A stretch of 64,000 nt of DNA from assembly GCA_001771065.1 (NCBI GenBank), contig MESQ01000034.1, positions 7,990 through 71,989 of the forward strand, in the 5' to 3' direction. Shown here in pieces: positions 37,991 through 48,533 of the stretch; the first letter of the stretch is position 1, and every line of letters starts with the position of its first letter. The notes beneath the pieces were generated by a model, which did no database searches, had not been told where the DNA came from, and saw nothing but the letters and a program-made list of their open reading frames with translations. The DNA comes from Burkholderiales bacterium RIFOXYD12_FULL_59_19 (GTDB lineage Bacteria; Pseudomonadota; Gammaproteobacteria; Burkholderiales; Burkholderiaceae_C). The position numbers were made by a program, and so were the translations under genes.

Positions 37991-39981
37991 ACACCTTATT
38001 CGTCGACCTGCCACCCTTGCTGTCCGCTGGCGGCACGATTACCTTGCCGGGCTCCAAAAGTATTTCGAACCGGGTGCTGCTGCTGGCCGCCCTGACCCAG
38101 GGCCGGACCACTTTGCACGATGTGCTGGACTCCGATGACACCCGTGTCATGCTGGCAGCCTTGCGCGCCCTGGGCTGCGATATTGCGCAAACCGGCAAGT
38201 CCGTGGTCATTGACGGCCTGGGGGGGCAACCCAAACACAGGCAGGCCAAATTGTTCATGGGCAATGCCGGTACCGCCATTCGGCCGCTCACCGCCGCGCT
38301 GGCGCTGATGGGTGGCGACTTTGGGCTGAGCGGTGTGCCACGCATGCACGAGCGCCCGATTGGCGATTTGGTGAACGCGCTGCGCCAACTGGGCTGCCAG
38401 ATTGATTACACCGGCCAGGACGGCTACCCGCCGCTGCACATTGGCCAGCCCGATCTCAAGCTCGACGCACCCATCCAGGTGCGCGGCGACGTGTCGAGCC
38501 AGTTCCTGACCGCCCTGCTGATGGCGCTGCCGCTGGTGGCCCGGCAGGACATCGTGATTGACGTCGTGGGAGAGCTGATCTCCAGGCCTTACATCGAAAT
38601 CACGCTGAACCTGCTGGCGCGTTTTGGCATTGCAGTCCAACGCGACGGCTGGCAGCGTTTTACCATTCCGGCGGGCAGTAAATACCAGTCACCGGGCACC
38701 CTGTTTGTCGAGGCCGATGCGTCTTCTGCCAGCTATTTTCTAGCCCTGGGGGCCATCGCGCCCGCATCTGAGGGTCACAGCGGCATCCGTATCGAGGGGC
38801 TCGGCGCCGATTCAATTCAGGGCGACATCCGCTTCATCGAAGCCGCCCACATGATGGGCGCCCGAGTGGTCAGCGGCCCCAACTGGCTGGAGGTGTCGCG
38901 CGGCGCCTGGCCACTCACCGCCATTGACCTCGACTGCAACCACATCCCCGATGCGGCCATGACCCTGGCCGTGATGGCCTTGTATGCCCAAGGCACCACC
39001 ACACTGCGCAATATTGCCAGTTGGCGCGTCAAGGAAACCGACCGCATTGCCGCCATGGCGCGTGAGTTGCGCAAGCTTGGCGCCACCGTGATCGAAGGGG
39101 CCAACTTCATACAGGTGACCCCGCCGGCCGGCCCCGCGCAATGGAAAGCCGCCAGCATCCACACATATGACGACCACCGCGTGGCCATGTGTTTTGCGCT
39201 GGCCGCCTTCAACCCCGCGGGTCTGCCAGTCCGGATTGAAGATCCCAAGTGTGTCGCCAAGACTTTTCCTGACTTTTTTGAAGCGCTGTTCTCGCTGGTG
39301 CAAGCTGACCCAGCCCAGATTCCCGTGATTTGCGTCGATGGCCCCACCGCCTCGGGCAAAGGCACGCTGGCGGCGCAATTGGCCAGCCAGTTGGGCTACC
39401 ACCTGCTGGACTCGGGCGCGCTCTATCGCATCACTGCGCTGGCGGCGGGGCGGGTGCATTTGCCGCTGGATGCCACTGGCGAAGACGCCATTGCCAAACT
39501 GGCACAAGGTCTGCATATTGAGTTTTTGGCTGACAAGGTGCTGCTAGCGGGCGAGGACGTTACAGACGCCATTCGTACCGAAGAAGCCGGCATGAATGCC
39601 TCCAAAGTGTCGATCTTGCCCAGGGTGCGCGCTGCGCTGGTGGACTTGCAGCACGGTTTTCGCCGCCTGCCAGGGCTGGTGGCCGATGGCCGCGACATGG
39701 GTACCGTGATCTTTCCCACGGCCCCGCTCAAGGTATTTTTAACGGCCAGCGCCGAACAGCGCGCCCAAAGACGGTTTAACCAGTTGATTTCAAAAGACAA
39801 ATCAATTACACTCCACGTTCTTCGCGCCGACTTGGAAGCACGTGACGCCAGGGATTCATCCCGCAGCGTTGCACCTCTCAAACCGGCCGCAGATGCCAAG
39901 TTGCTGGACAATTCCCATGTATCGGTTGAAGAATCGGTGAAGTTGGTGTTGGATTGGTGGCAAGGCAAGCAGCCCTTCTGA
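37984..39981 (+). CDS. aroA-cmk: Bifunctional EPSP synthase / cytidylate kinase
   Basis: [21 protein letters not shown] and RVKETDR motifs, then [10 protein letters not shown] and DGRDMGTV kinase motifs. Confidence 0.95.
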   Translation: MLNTLFVDLPPLLSAGGTITLPGSKSISNRVLLLAALTQGRTTLHDVLDSDDTRVMLAALRALGCDIAQTGKSVVIDGLGGQPKHRQAKLFMGNAGTAIRPLTAALALMGGDFGLSGVPRMHERPIGDLVNALRQLGCQIDYTGQDGYPPLHIGQPDLKLDAPIQVRGDVSSQFLTALLMALPLVARQDIVIDVVGELISRPYIEITLNLLARFGIAVQRDGWQRFTIPAGSKYQSPGTLFVEADASSASYFLALGAIAPASEGHSGIRIEGLGADSIQGDIRFIEAAHMMGARVVSGPNWLEVSRGAWPLTAIDLDCNHIPDAAMTLAVMALYAQGTTTLRNIASWRVKETDRIAAMARELRKLGATVIEGANFIQVTPPAGPAQWKAASIHTYDDHRVAMCFALAAFNPAGLPVRIEDPKCVAKTFPDFFEALFSLVQADPAQIPVICVDGPTASGKGTLAAQLASQLGYHLLDSGALYRITALAAGRVHLPLDATGEDAIAKLAQGLHIEFLADKVLLAGEDVTDAIRTEEAGMNASKVSILPRVRAALVDLQHGFRRLPGLVADGRDMGTVIFPTAPLKVFLTASAEQRAQRRFNQLISKDKSITLHVLRADLEARDARDSSRSVAPLKPAADAKLLDNSHVSVEESVKLVLDWWQGKQPF

Positions 39982-40129
39982 TCCTGTCTCAAGGGCACAA
40001 ACCGCAAAGGCCTGGGCTTAAAAACTCAAACCAATGCACCGGCCCTCATTCGCCCCCTCGCGCTGCACTGGCGCACTGCGAATGAGGTTCAAAAAAACTT
40101 AACCCCGTGGCGCTTGAGCCACAATAAAA

Positions 40130-41812
40130 ATGTCTGAATCTTTTGCCGCCCTGTTTGAAGAGTCCCTGCAACGCACAGAAATGCGCCCGGGCGAAGTGAT
40201 CACTGCCGAAGTGGTTCGTATCGAGCACAGCTTTGTGGTCGTGAACGCTGGTCTCAAGTCTGAAGCCTACGTACCGCTCGAAGAATTCAAAAATGACCAG
40301 GGCGAAACTGAAGTCCAGGTCGGCGACTTTGTGTCGGTGGCCATCGGTTCCATCGAAAACGGCTACGGCGACACCATTTTGAGCCGCGACACCGCCAAGC
40401 GCCTGGCTTCCTGGATGAGCCTTGAAAAGGCCCTGGAAACCGGCGAATTTGTCACAGGTCAAACCAGTGGCAAGGTCAAGGGTGGCCTGACCGTGTTGGT
40501 CAACGGTATCCGCGCCTTCCTCCCTGGTTCGCTGGTCGACACCCGTCCGACCAAAGACCTGTCTCCGTACGAGAACAAGACCCTTGAATTCAAGGTCATC
40601 AAGCTCGATCGCAAGCGCAACAACGTGGTGCTGAGTCGCCGCGCCGTGGTGGAAGCCTCCATGGGCGAAGAGCGCTCCAAGCTGATGAACACGCTGAAAG
40701 AAGGCGCGATTGTTCAGGGCGTGGTGAAAAACATCACCGAATACGGCGCATTTGTGGATCTGGGCGGTATCGACGGCCTGTTGCACATCACCGACATGGC
40801 CTGGCGCCGTGTCCGTCACCCGTCTGAAGTGGTGACCGCTGGCCAGGAAATCACCGCCAAGATTTTGAAGTTCGACACCGAGAAAAACCGTGTCTCGCTG
40901 GGTCTGAAGCAAATGGGTGATGACCCATGGATGGGCGTAAACCGTCGTTACCCCCAAGGCACCCGCATGTTCGGCAAGATCACCAACATCGCCGACTACG
41001 GCGCATTTGTGGAACTGGAACCCGGCATCGAAGGCCTGGTGCACGTGTCCGAGATGGATTGGACCAACAAGAACGTGGCACCGAGCAAGATTGTTGCCCT
41101 GGGCGACGAAGTCGAAGTCATGGTTCTGGAAATCGACGAAGACAAGCGCCGTATCAGCCTGGGCATGAAGCAGTGCAAGGCCAACCCATGGCAAGAGTTT
41201 GCACAAAACACCAAGCGCGGTGACCGCGTCAAGGGCCCGATCAAATCCATCACCGACTTCGGCGTGTTTGTGGGTCTGGCTGCCGGTATCGACGGTTTGG
41301 TGCACTTGTCTGACCTGTCCTGGAACGAGCCCGGCGAAGCTGCCGTGCGCGAGTACAAAAAGGGCCAGGAAGTTGAAGCTCTGGTGTTGGCTGTGGACGT
41401 CGACCGTGAACGCATCTCGCTGGGCATCAAACAGCTCGATTCCGACCCCTTCACCACCTTCTCGTCGATCAACGACAAGGGCTCCGTGGTGACCGGCAAG
41501 GTCAAAACGGTGGATGCCAAGGGTGCTGAAATCGATCTGGGCGACGACATCATCGGCTACCTGCGCGCTTCTGAAATTTCCCGCGACCGCGTGGAAGACG
41601 CCCGCAATGTGCTCAAGGAAGGTGATGAAGTCAACGCTGTGGTGGTGAACGTGGATCGCAAGACCCGCAACATCCAGTTGTCGATCAAGGCCAAAGATGC
41701 TGCCGATCAAAACGAAGCCATGGCAACGCTGAGCCAGCAATCTGCCCGTGAAAACGCCGGTACTACCAGTTTGGGTGCACTGCTGCGCGCCAAGCTCGAC
41801 AGCAATAACTAA
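40130..41812 (+). CDS. rpsA: 30S ribosomal protein S1
   Basis: Six S1 repeats (e.g. [15 protein letters not shown]). Confidence 0.98.
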   Translation: MSESFAALFEESLQRTEMRPGEVITAEVVRIEHSFVVVNAGLKSEAYVPLEEFKNDQGETEVQVGDFVSVAIGSIENGYGDTILSRDTAKRLASWMSLEKALETGEFVTGQTSGKVKGGLTVLVNGIRAFLPGSLVDTRPTKDLSPYENKTLEFKVIKLDRKRNNVVLSRRAVVEASMGEERSKLMNTLKEGAIVQGVVKNITEYGAFVDLGGIDGLLHITDMAWRRVRHPSEVVTAGQEITAKILKFDTEKNRVSLGLKQMGDDPWMGVNRRYPQGTRMFGKITNIADYGAFVELEPGIEGLVHVSEMDWTNKNVAPSKIVALGDEVEVMVLEIDEDKRRISLGMKQCKANPWQEFAQNTKRGDRVKGPIKSITDFGVFVGLAAGIDGLVHLSDLSWNEPGEAAVREYKKGQEVEALVLAVDVDRERISLGIKQLDSDPFTTFSSINDKGSVVTGKVKTVDAKGAEIDLGDDIIGYLRASEISRDRVEDARNVLKEGDEVNAVVVNVDRKTRNIQLSIKAKDAADQNEAMATLSQQSARENAGTTSLGALLRAKLDSNN

Positions 41813-41835
41813 GCCGTTATTGCCAACTTGAACTG

Positions 41836-41869
41836 ACGACCGGTTGCCCTTGTGCACCGGTCGTTTTTT
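41836..41869 (+). terminator. Terminator after rpsA
   Basis: ACGACCGGT..ACCGGTCGT stem followed by a T run. Confidence 0.7.
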
Positions 41870-41926
41870 TCTTCCTGATCAGTTGGGGACAGAGCTAAAG
41901 GTCTGACCCGCAAAGGTATTAGTTTT

Positions 41927-42232
41927 ATGACCCGCTCCGACCTCGTTGAAGAACTTGCGGCCAAATTTGGCCAGATTACCCAGCGGGATGCCGAATTTGC
42001 TGTCAAGGCAATTCTGGAGGCCATGAACGAGGCTCTGGCAAAGGGGCATCGCATTGAAATCCGGGGTTTTGGAAGTTTTTCGGTGAACTATCGTCCGCCG
42101 CGCATGGGACGCAACCCACGCACCGGTGAGAGTGTGGCGATCCCCGAAAAAAAGGTGCCTCACTTCAAGCCTGGCAAAGCGCTGCGCCTGGCGGTTGACC
42201 AACGCACCCACGAACTGCAGCCATCGGTTTGA
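41927..42232 (+). CDS. ihfB: Integration host factor beta subunit
   Basis: [24 protein letters not shown] and PHFKPGK motifs. Confidence 0.95.
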   Translation: MTRSDLVEELAAKFGQITQRDAEFAVKAILEAMNEALAKGHRIEIRGFGSFSVNYRPPRMGRNPRTGESVAIPEKKVPHFKPGKALRLAVDQRTHELQPSV

Positions 42233-42299
42233 CGCTGCGACACCCCACCACCAACCGTCTCAAACGGTAGAATCATCGCTCTCTCTCTGGGAATCGTCG

Positions 42300-42596
42300 A
42301 TGAAACACATCCTGTGGTTGCTTAGGTGGATCCTCAAGATCGCCATTTTTTTTACTCTGTTTGCCTTTGCGCTAAACAATCAGCAAGTCGCGACGGTGCA
42401 TTTCTTTTTTGGCAACTACTGGCTCGCACCCATGGTGCTGGTGGTACTTGGCACTTTTGCCATCGGCGTGGTCGTCGGTGTTTTGGGCATGGCCCCCTGG
42501 TGGTGGCGACATCACCAAGCCAAGCATGAAGCCACTTCATCCCAAGCTGAACCCAACGGACCAGCCACGCCGCCGCTTTACGCCGATGGAATTTGA
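42300..42596 (+). CDS. lapA: Lipopolysaccharide assembly protein A domain protein
   Basis: FA..N...V.V.F.FG motif with two TM segments. Located between ihfB and lapB. Confidence 0.8.
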   Translation: MKHILWLLRWILKIAIFFTLFAFALNNQQVATVHFFFGNYWLAPMVLVVLGTFAIGVVVGVLGMAPWWWRHHQAKHEATSSQAEPNGPATPPLYADGI

Positions 42597-43743
42597 CTTG
42601 AGTTGGGTCTTGTTAGGCCTGCCCCTGGCCTTTGTGCTGGGCTGGCTGGCGTCGCGCCTGGACCTGCGTCAGATCAGGCTGGAAAACCGCCAGGCACCCA
42701 AAGCCTACTTCAAGGGCCTCAACTTTTTACTCAATGAGCAACAAGACCAGGCCATCGACGCCTTCATCGAGGCGGTGCAAAGCGACCCCGACACCTCTGA
42801 GTTGCATTTTGCCCTGGGCAACCTGTTTCGCCGCCGCGGCGAGTACGAACGTGCCGTGCGCGTGCATCAGCACCTGCTGTCACGCGCCGACATCAGCCAG
42901 GCCGACCGGCACCGGGCCCAACATGCGTTGGCATTGGATTTTCTCAAGGCTGGCTTGCTGGACCACGCCGAAGCCGCCTTGCTCAAGCTCGAAGGCACCA
43001 CTTTTGAAGCCCAGGCCCGCCTCGCCCTGCTGGCCAATTACGAACGCAGCCGGGACTGGCCGCAGGCGGCGTTGATGGCTGAAAAACTGGAGCACGCCGG
43101 GCAAGGCAGTTTGACACCACGGCTGGCGCATTACCTGTGCGAGCAGGCAGTTGGTCAGGTGGCTCAAGGCCAGTTTGAAGCCGGACGTGAACTGCTGCAG
43201 CGCGCCATCACCAAAGCGCCAGATGCAGCGCGAGCGCGCCTTGACCTGGCCCAATTACAAGTGCAACTGGGCCAGGAGACCCCGGCGTGGGACACCCTGA
43301 TGCAGGCGCTCGACAGCGCCCCGGCCGCCGTTCCCCTGATTGCCCGCCCACTGGCCGATCTGGCACTGCGCAGTGGCCATACCGCCGTCAGCCTGGCACG
43401 ACTGCAACAGCTCTACGCCGAGCAGGCATCACTGGACGTGCTGGAGGCCATCGTCACCCTCTCCGATGCAGACCCTGCCGCACAAACAAGCGCCCGCGAC
43501 TGGTACGCGCATCATCTGGAAAAAGAGCCTTCGCTGGTGGCCGCCACCCGCTGGATAGCAGGTGAAAAGCTCGAACATGAACAATTTCACCCCCAAGTGC
43601 AGCGCGCCCTGGACCATGCCATCAAACCGCTGCTGCGGTACCGCTGTGCGGCTTGCGGCTTTGAAGCCACGCAACATTTTTGGCAATGCCCTGGCTGCCA
43701 GACTTGGGACAGTTACCCCGCTCGCCGAGTGGAAGAACTATGA
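42586..43743 (+). CDS. lapB: Lipopolysaccharide assembly protein B
   Basis: YFKGLNFLLNEQ.D.AID.F, TPR repeats and rubredoxin CxxC..WQCPGC motif. Confidence 0.93.
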   Translation: MEFDLSWVLLGLPLAFVLGWLASRLDLRQIRLENRQAPKAYFKGLNFLLNEQQDQAIDAFIEAVQSDPDTSELHFALGNLFRRRGEYERAVRVHQHLLSRADISQADRHRAQHALALDFLKAGLLDHAEAALLKLEGTTFEAQARLALLANYERSRDWPQAALMAEKLEHAGQGSLTPRLAHYLCEQAVGQVAQGQFEAGRELLQRAITKAPDAARARLDLAQLQVQLGQETPAWDTLMQALDSAPAAVPLIARPLADLALRSGHTAVSLARLQQLYAEQASLDVLEAIVTLSDADPAAQTSARDWYAHHLEKEPSLVAATRWIAGEKLEHEQFHPQVQRALDHAIKPLLRYRCAACGFEATQHFWQCPGCQTWDSYPARRVEEL

Positions 43744-44669
43744 CAATTTCAAAAAAACACTTGAGTCAGGCCCGCGTGCTGGTAGTGGGCGATGTGATGC
43801 TGGACCGCTACTGGTACGGCGCCGTGGACCGCATCAGCCCCGAAGCCCCGGTGCCCGTGGTGCGCGTGACGCGCGAAGAAGAACGCGCCGGCGGCGCTGC
43901 CAATGTGGCCTTCAATGTGGTGACTCTCGGCGCTCAGGCCTCACTGCTCACTGTGGTAGGTGAGGACGAAGCCAGTCACAAACTGGAGGCGCTGGTGGCC
44001 GACACCGGCATTCAGACCTATTTTGGCCGCGATGTGCAACTCAAGACCACGGTCAAACTGCGGGTCATCGGGCGCCAGCAGCAGTTATTGCGACTGGACT
44101 TCGAAAACACCCCTAAAAACGAGGTGCTGGCTACACAAACCGCCACCTTCATGGAGCACCTGCCGAGCCATCAGGCCGTGCTGTTTTCAGACTACGGCAA
44201 GGGTGGCCTGGCGCATGTGAGCGACATGATTGCGCGCGCCGTCGAAGCCGGAAAACCGATCCTGATTGACCCCAAAGGCTCAGACTATTCGCGCTACCAA
44301 CACGCCACCGTGATCACACCCAACCGGGTCGAGTTGCAGCAAGTCATTGGCGCCTGGCACGACGAGTCCGACCTGCAGACCAAGGTGCAAAATCTGCGCC
44401 AGCAGCTTGGACTCCAGGCAATTTTGCTGACACGCAGCGAAGAAGGTATGACGCTGTTTGATGCGCAGGGGCGCGCCGATGTCAAGGCGCAAGCGCGCGA
44501 AGTGTTCGATGTCACTGGCGCTGGTGACACCGTCATTGCCACCCTGACCACGCTGGTAGCGGCGGGCATGAGCCTGCGTGAGGCCTTGCCATGGGCCAAC
44601 CGGGCCGGTGGTTTGGTCGTTGGCAAGTTTGGTACCGCTACCGTTTCTTTTGAGGAGTTGTTCACATGA
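43740..44669 (+). CDS. rfaE1: D-glycero-beta-D-manno-heptose-7-phosphate kinase
   Basis: [27 protein letters not shown] and DVTGAGDT motifs. Confidence 0.93.
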   Translation: MTISKKHLSQARVLVVGDVMLDRYWYGAVDRISPEAPVPVVRVTREEERAGGAANVAFNVVTLGAQASLLTVVGEDEASHKLEALVADTGIQTYFGRDVQLKTTVKLRVIGRQQQLLRLDFENTPKNEVLATQTATFMEHLPSHQAVLFSDYGKGGLAHVSDMIARAVEAGKPILIDPKGSDYSRYQHATVITPNRVELQQVIGAWHDESDLQTKVQNLRQQLGLQAILLTRSEEGMTLFDAQGRADVKAQAREVFDVTGAGDTVIATLTTLVAAGMSLREALPWANRAGGLVVGKFGTATVSFEELFT

Positions 44670-45685
44670 CCCGTATTGTTGTCACCGGCGCTGCCGGTTT
44701 TATTGGTTCCAACCTCATCTTGGGCCTCAACGCCAGAGGCATGACCAACATCATTGCCGTGGATGACCTGACCCAGGGCGACAAGTTTCGCAACCTGGCC
44801 AATTTGCAGATTGCCGACTATGTGGACGCCGGAGATTTTTACAACGCGTTTGCCGCCGATGCTTACGGCGAGGTAGAAGCTGTTTTTCACGAGGGCGCCT
44901 GCAGCGACACCATGGAAAGCAACGGCAAGTACATGATGCAAAACAACTACGCCACCTCGGTGCAGTTGTACCAGACCTGTCACAAACGTGGCGCCCGCCT
45001 GCTGTACGCCTCCAGCGCCGCCACCTACGGCGGCTCGGACACCTTCCGGGAAGAACCCGCTTTCGAGCAGCCGCTCAATGTCTATGGCTACTCCAAATTG
45101 CTGTTTGACCAACGTATGCGGCGCGAATGTGGTTCAGCATTTGAGCACGCCAGGACCGGACGCAGCCGGCAGGTGGTCGGCTTTCGTTACTTCAATGTCT
45201 ACGGGCCGCGCGAGCAGCACAAGGGGCGCATGGCCAGCGTCGCTTTTCACCAGTTCAACCAGTTCAAAGCCGAGGGCAAGGTCAAGTTGTTTGGCAACTA
45301 CGGCGGCTATGCCGCAGGGGCGCAGATGCGGGACTTCGTTTTTATTGACGACGTGGTCGCGGTCAACTTGTGGTTCTTTGATCACCCCAAAATCTCGGGT
45401 ATTTTCAACCTTGGCAGCGGACGTGCCCAGCCTTTCAACGACGTGGCCAGTTCAGTGGTCAATGCGCTGCGCCAGGCACGAGGCCAGGCACCCCTGACGC
45501 TCGAAGGCTTGATCAGTGAAGGCTTGCTTGAATACATTGCCTTCCCCGATGCACTGCGTGGCAAATACCAGTGTTACACCCAGGCCGACCTGGGCGCGCT
45601 GCGCGCCACCGGTTGCGACCATGACTTTGCGGATGTACAAACGGGGGTAGCCAAGTATGTGCAGTGGCTGGCACAGCAAAGCTAA
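44666..45685 (+). CDS. rfaD: ADP-L-glycero-D-manno-heptose-6-epimerase
   Basis: [29 protein letters not shown] and RYFNVYGP motifs. Confidence 0.95.
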   Translation: MTRIVVTGAAGFIGSNLILGLNARGMTNIIAVDDLTQGDKFRNLANLQIADYVDAGDFYNAFAADAYGEVEAVFHEGACSDTMESNGKYMMQNNYATSVQLYQTCHKRGARLLYASSAATYGGSDTFREEPAFEQPLNVYGYSKLLFDQRMRRECGSAFEHARTGRSRQVVGFRYFNVYGPREQHKGRMASVAFHQFNQFKAEGKVKLFGNYGGYAAGAQMRDFVFIDDVVAVNLWFFDHPKISGIFNLGSGRAQPFNDVASSVVNALRQARGQAPLTLEGLISEGLLEYIAFPDALRGKYQCYTQADLGALRATGCDHDFADVQTGVAKYVQWLAQQS

Positions 45686-45718
45686 ACCCAAACCCAAACA
45701 ACATTCAAGGAGATTGCC

Positions 45719-46006
45719 ATGTTCAAAAAATCCCTCGTCCTCTTTGTGCTGATGTCCGCCCTGTCGTGTTATGCCGCGCTGGACATCAACCAGGCCACTG
45801 AAGCCGAACTTGACAGCATCAAGGGCATTGGGCCAGGCACCTCCAGCAAAATCCTCACCGAGCGCAAAAAGGCAGCATTCAAGGACTGGAACGACTTCAT
45901 CGCCCGGGTGCAGGGCATCGCAGAAATCAAGGCCGCCAACTTCTCCGGTGAAGGTGTGACTGTCAACGGTCAGGCCTTCAAAACCGTGGCACCAGTCAAA
46001 AAATAA
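45719..46006 (+). CDS. ComEA-like helix-hairpin-helix exported protein
   Basis: Signal peptide and DIN.A..AEL..IKGIGP motif. Confidence 0.8.
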   Translation: MFKKSLVLFVLMSALSCYAALDINQATEAELDSIKGIGPGTSSKILTERKKAAFKDWNDFIARVQGIAEIKAANFSGEGVTVNGQAFKTVAPVKK

Positions 46007-46027
46007 ACTGCCCCCCGCGCGGCGCCC

Positions 46028-46411
46028 ATGCTGTCTGTTATTGCCATCTGCATCGGTGCCTGTCTGGGCGCCCTGGCCCGCTGGGGACTGGGTGTCTGGC
46101 TCAACCCCGGGGCGCTCATGCCCTTGGGCACACTGGCCGCCAATCTGGTGGGGGGTTACCTGGTTGGTGTGGCCGTCGCCATGTTTCAGGCCATGCCACA
46201 GCTTGACCCAGCCTGGCGGCTGGCAATCATCACGGGTTTTCTGGGGGCGCTCACAACCTTTTCCAGTTTTTCGGCCGAGGTGGTCGGCATGCTTGGGCAA
46301 CAACGCTACCTGCTGGGTTTTGGCACGGCCGCGATGCACCTGTTCGGCTCGCTGTTGCTGACGCTGGCGGGCATCAGGACAGCCGAGTTTTTCATCAGAG
46401 CATCCGCCTGA
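46028..46411 (+). CDS. crcB: Fluoride efflux channel CrcB/FluC
   Basis: GA..R, PLGTL.AN..G and GF.G.LTTFSSF motifs. Confidence 0.93.
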   Translation: MLSVIAICIGACLGALARWGLGVWLNPGALMPLGTLAANLVGGYLVGVAVAMFQAMPQLDPAWRLAIITGFLGALTTFSSFSAEVVGMLGQQRYLLGFGTAAMHLFGSLLLTLAGIRTAEFFIRASA

Positions 46412-46415
46412 GCGA

Positions 46416-46715
46416 CTAGCCCCCGCCGCGCTGCATGTACAAATCGAAGCGCGTCATGAAGGCATGACGTTCCTGCGCATCCAGGCCGGCAAAGCGAAAA
46501 CTGACCTTGAACACCGGGATGCTGATAGGCCCGATCACCCGGGGCGCTCCCACCTGCCATTTCAGGCCCAGCGCACCGTCGCCCAGTCGAACCCCCGCGG
46601 CGCCTGCCTGCTGCTTCCAGTGGTTGTCACCAATTGCCCTGGGCAGCCACATCAACCATTCGGCCTCAGTACACCCCATCTCGCGTTCAAAGCGCTCAGC
46701 ATAAAAAGACTGCAT
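46416..46715 (-). CDS. Conserved hypothetical protein, 99 aa
   Basis: FEREMGCT..EW..WLP and F..RFD.Y.QRGGG. ORF fills the intergenic space. Confidence 0.7.
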   Translation of the reverse strand: MQSFYAERFEREMGCTEAEWLMWLPRAIGDNHWKQQAGAAGVRLGDGALGLKWQVGAPRVIGPISIPVFKVSFRFAGLDAQERHAFMTRFDLYMQRGGG

Positions 46716-46764
46716 GAATGAAACAGTGTGAGGAATCTAGGCTATCTCTCAGTAGTCAACCATG

Positions 46765-47664
46765 TTACGGCGCCGTGAGCGTCATGCCACGCGTTTTGAA
46801 CATGGCCAAGAGTTCACCGCTGTCGCGCAACGCCTTCATCGCGACGTCCAGCGCTTGTCCGAGGTCTTTGTAACTTGACTTGATGGCCATGCCCAAAGGC
46901 CAGCCGTTTTCTGGTAAGCCCGTTAAAGACATTGGGGAAATCAAAAACTCCTCAGGTTTTGCCTTGGCTTGTGCCGCGGCGGCTTCTGCCTGGGAGCGCA
47001 AGACATAAGCCGCATCCGCCTGACCGCGAAGCACTGCGGCTGCCGCGTCAATTCCCGAATTGAACAAGCTGACCTGTGACCGCAGCATACCGCTGTGATG
47101 CCCCATCAACGCACTGGCGGCCCCGGTCCCACGCTCAGCCGCCAGTGTATGACCCTTCAGTTCGTCAGGGTCATTGACCCGGCCAAGCTTTCGCGGGTCA
47201 TGGAACAGCACTGGCACTTGTCGCATGTAAGGTGAAAAAATAGTCACCTGGCGGTTCTGCTGCATCAGGTACTTGTCGACAGGTACATTCAACATGAGGT
47301 CTGCAGGACCATAACCCAGGTAATGGCCCTTCCAGACCATGTTTCGCAAGTCATCGTTCATGTTTTCGCCGGCGTCAAACGGCAACAATGCCAACTTGAG
47401 ATGGAGTTGCTTTGCCAGTGCCTCTGCCAAAGCCACATCCAATCCCAGCATGTCGCTTGAGGCACCGCTGGAAAACGGAGCATTGTCTTTGTAAACAGCA
47501 ACTTTCAGCGTTCCCTTGGCGCGAATTTTCGCCAGATCATCAAGTTCATCTTCTGCAAAGACGGGCGAGGCACCTAGTGCCAACAACAAACCGATGCTTC
47601 GACGCCGACTGATCACGCGCGCCGATGCGGTCTGCGCCATTGAGGGGGTAGTGGATGCCAACAT
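46765..47664 (-). CDS. Periplasmic substrate-binding-fold protein (MoxJ-like, quinoprotein dehydrogenase-associated)
   Basis: SRRR signal, L.VAVY.DNAPFS and G.DV..A.ALA motifs. AAGGAG RBS. Located downstream of the cytochrome c550 gene. Confidence 0.75.
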   Translation of the reverse strand: MLASTTPSMAQTASARVISRRRSIGLLLALGASPVFAEDELDDLAKIRAKGTLKVAVYKDNAPFSSGASSDMLGLDVALAEALAKQLHLKLALLPFDAGENMNDDLRNMVWKGHYLGYGPADLMLNVPVDKYLMQQNRQVTIFSPYMRQVPVLFHDPRKLGRVNDPDELKGHTLAAERGTGAASALMGHHSGMLRSQVSLFNSGIDAAAAVLRGQADAAYVLRSQAEAAAAQAKAKPEEFLISPMSLTGLPENGWPLGMAIKSSYKDLGQALDVAMKALRDSGELLAMFKTRGMTLTAP

Positions 47665-47754
47665 GTAAAGCGTTCTCCTTGAGAGTGGTTCAAAAACTGC
47701 GGATGGCGCTGCCATCCGTCGTTGCAAATAAACGGGCCTTGCGTGCCGACGAGT

Positions 47755-48243
47755 TCACTCTTCGCGCCGGGTTTCAATGTAAGTCCGGATCGACCAAATC
47801 GCTTCTTGGCTCAGGATACCCTCAAAGTGCGGCATGTAAACACGGCCATCGCGCACCCGACCACGCCGGACGGTGGCTAGAAAATACTCGTCGATCTCTT
47901 TGAAGCAGGAATTCTTAGCAGCTTCATCGGCCATTCCCATGCAATCGCTGTCGACTTTTCGCAAGTCTGGCGACATGCCGCCGGAGATGGCTTCAAGCCC
48001 ATGACAACGCGCGCAATTCTGGTTGTACGCGGAGGTGCCAATCCGCAATGCTTCTGCATGGGCATCGCCAGTACTGAACGGATTTGAGTCACGCCACTTT
48101 TCTCCAAGCTGAGGCAGCGTGCTGGTGTCAACCGATTGCGGCACAACGTCACCATGTGCCTGAGCCAAACCCGACATCAGGCTCAACACAGCCACTGAAA
48201 CAAGACCAAGGCGTTTGACAGCCAGAGAGAGGTTAACCAGCAT
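47755..48243 (-). CDS. pedF: Cytochrome c550, PedF/ExaB type
   Basis: AHGDV.PQ.VDT..LP.LG start, CARCHG haem motif and YMP.F.G.L.QEA.W motif. Confidence 0.85.
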   Translation of the reverse strand: MLVNLSLAVKRLGLVSVAVLSLMSGLAQAHGDVVPQSVDTSTLPQLGEKWRDSNPFSTGDAHAEALRIGTSAYNQNCARCHGLEAISGGMSPDLRKVDSDCMGMADEAAKNSCFKEIDEYFLATVRRGRVRDGRVYMPHFEGILSQEAIWSIRTYIETRREE

Positions 48244-48293
48244 AAAAATACTTCCTATTAAGCACAAGAAAAAAATCACTTCAATGAAAAGTA

Positions 48294-48309
48294 GCAATAA
48301 CCGCGCCAA
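48294..48309 (-). promoter_or_regulatory. Sigma54 promoter of pedF
   Basis: Minus strand TTGGCGCGGTTATTGC fits GG-N10-GC, 50 bp upstream of the ATG. Confidence 0.8.
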
Positions 48310-48533
48310 ACTTTCCCTGACCTCAAGACACCTCGAGTAATGCCTTCTTCGTGCTCTTTATCAGCTTTGCCACTGTCAAAGTGTGTCAATTTGGGTCAAC
48401 TGTTCCGTTGCCAATGACACAAATGCCTCTCACGTAAGGCAACCAGGCGGACGTGACACTTTGTGCCAAGGGTTTTTGCCAATGGCAAAGGGCTTCCATT
48501 GCGCCGACACTCACTGCGTCTTTGGTACCCATC

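Noticed and set aside
37984-39981. aroA-cmk fusion as a novelty
   Set aside because: To my knowledge already known in Comamonadaceae.
40046-41857. 603-aa - strand ORF
   Set aside because: Antisense shadow of rpsA.
46007-46027. Fluoride riboswitch upstream of crcB
   Set aside because: Only 21 nt of intergenic space and no riboswitch consensus.
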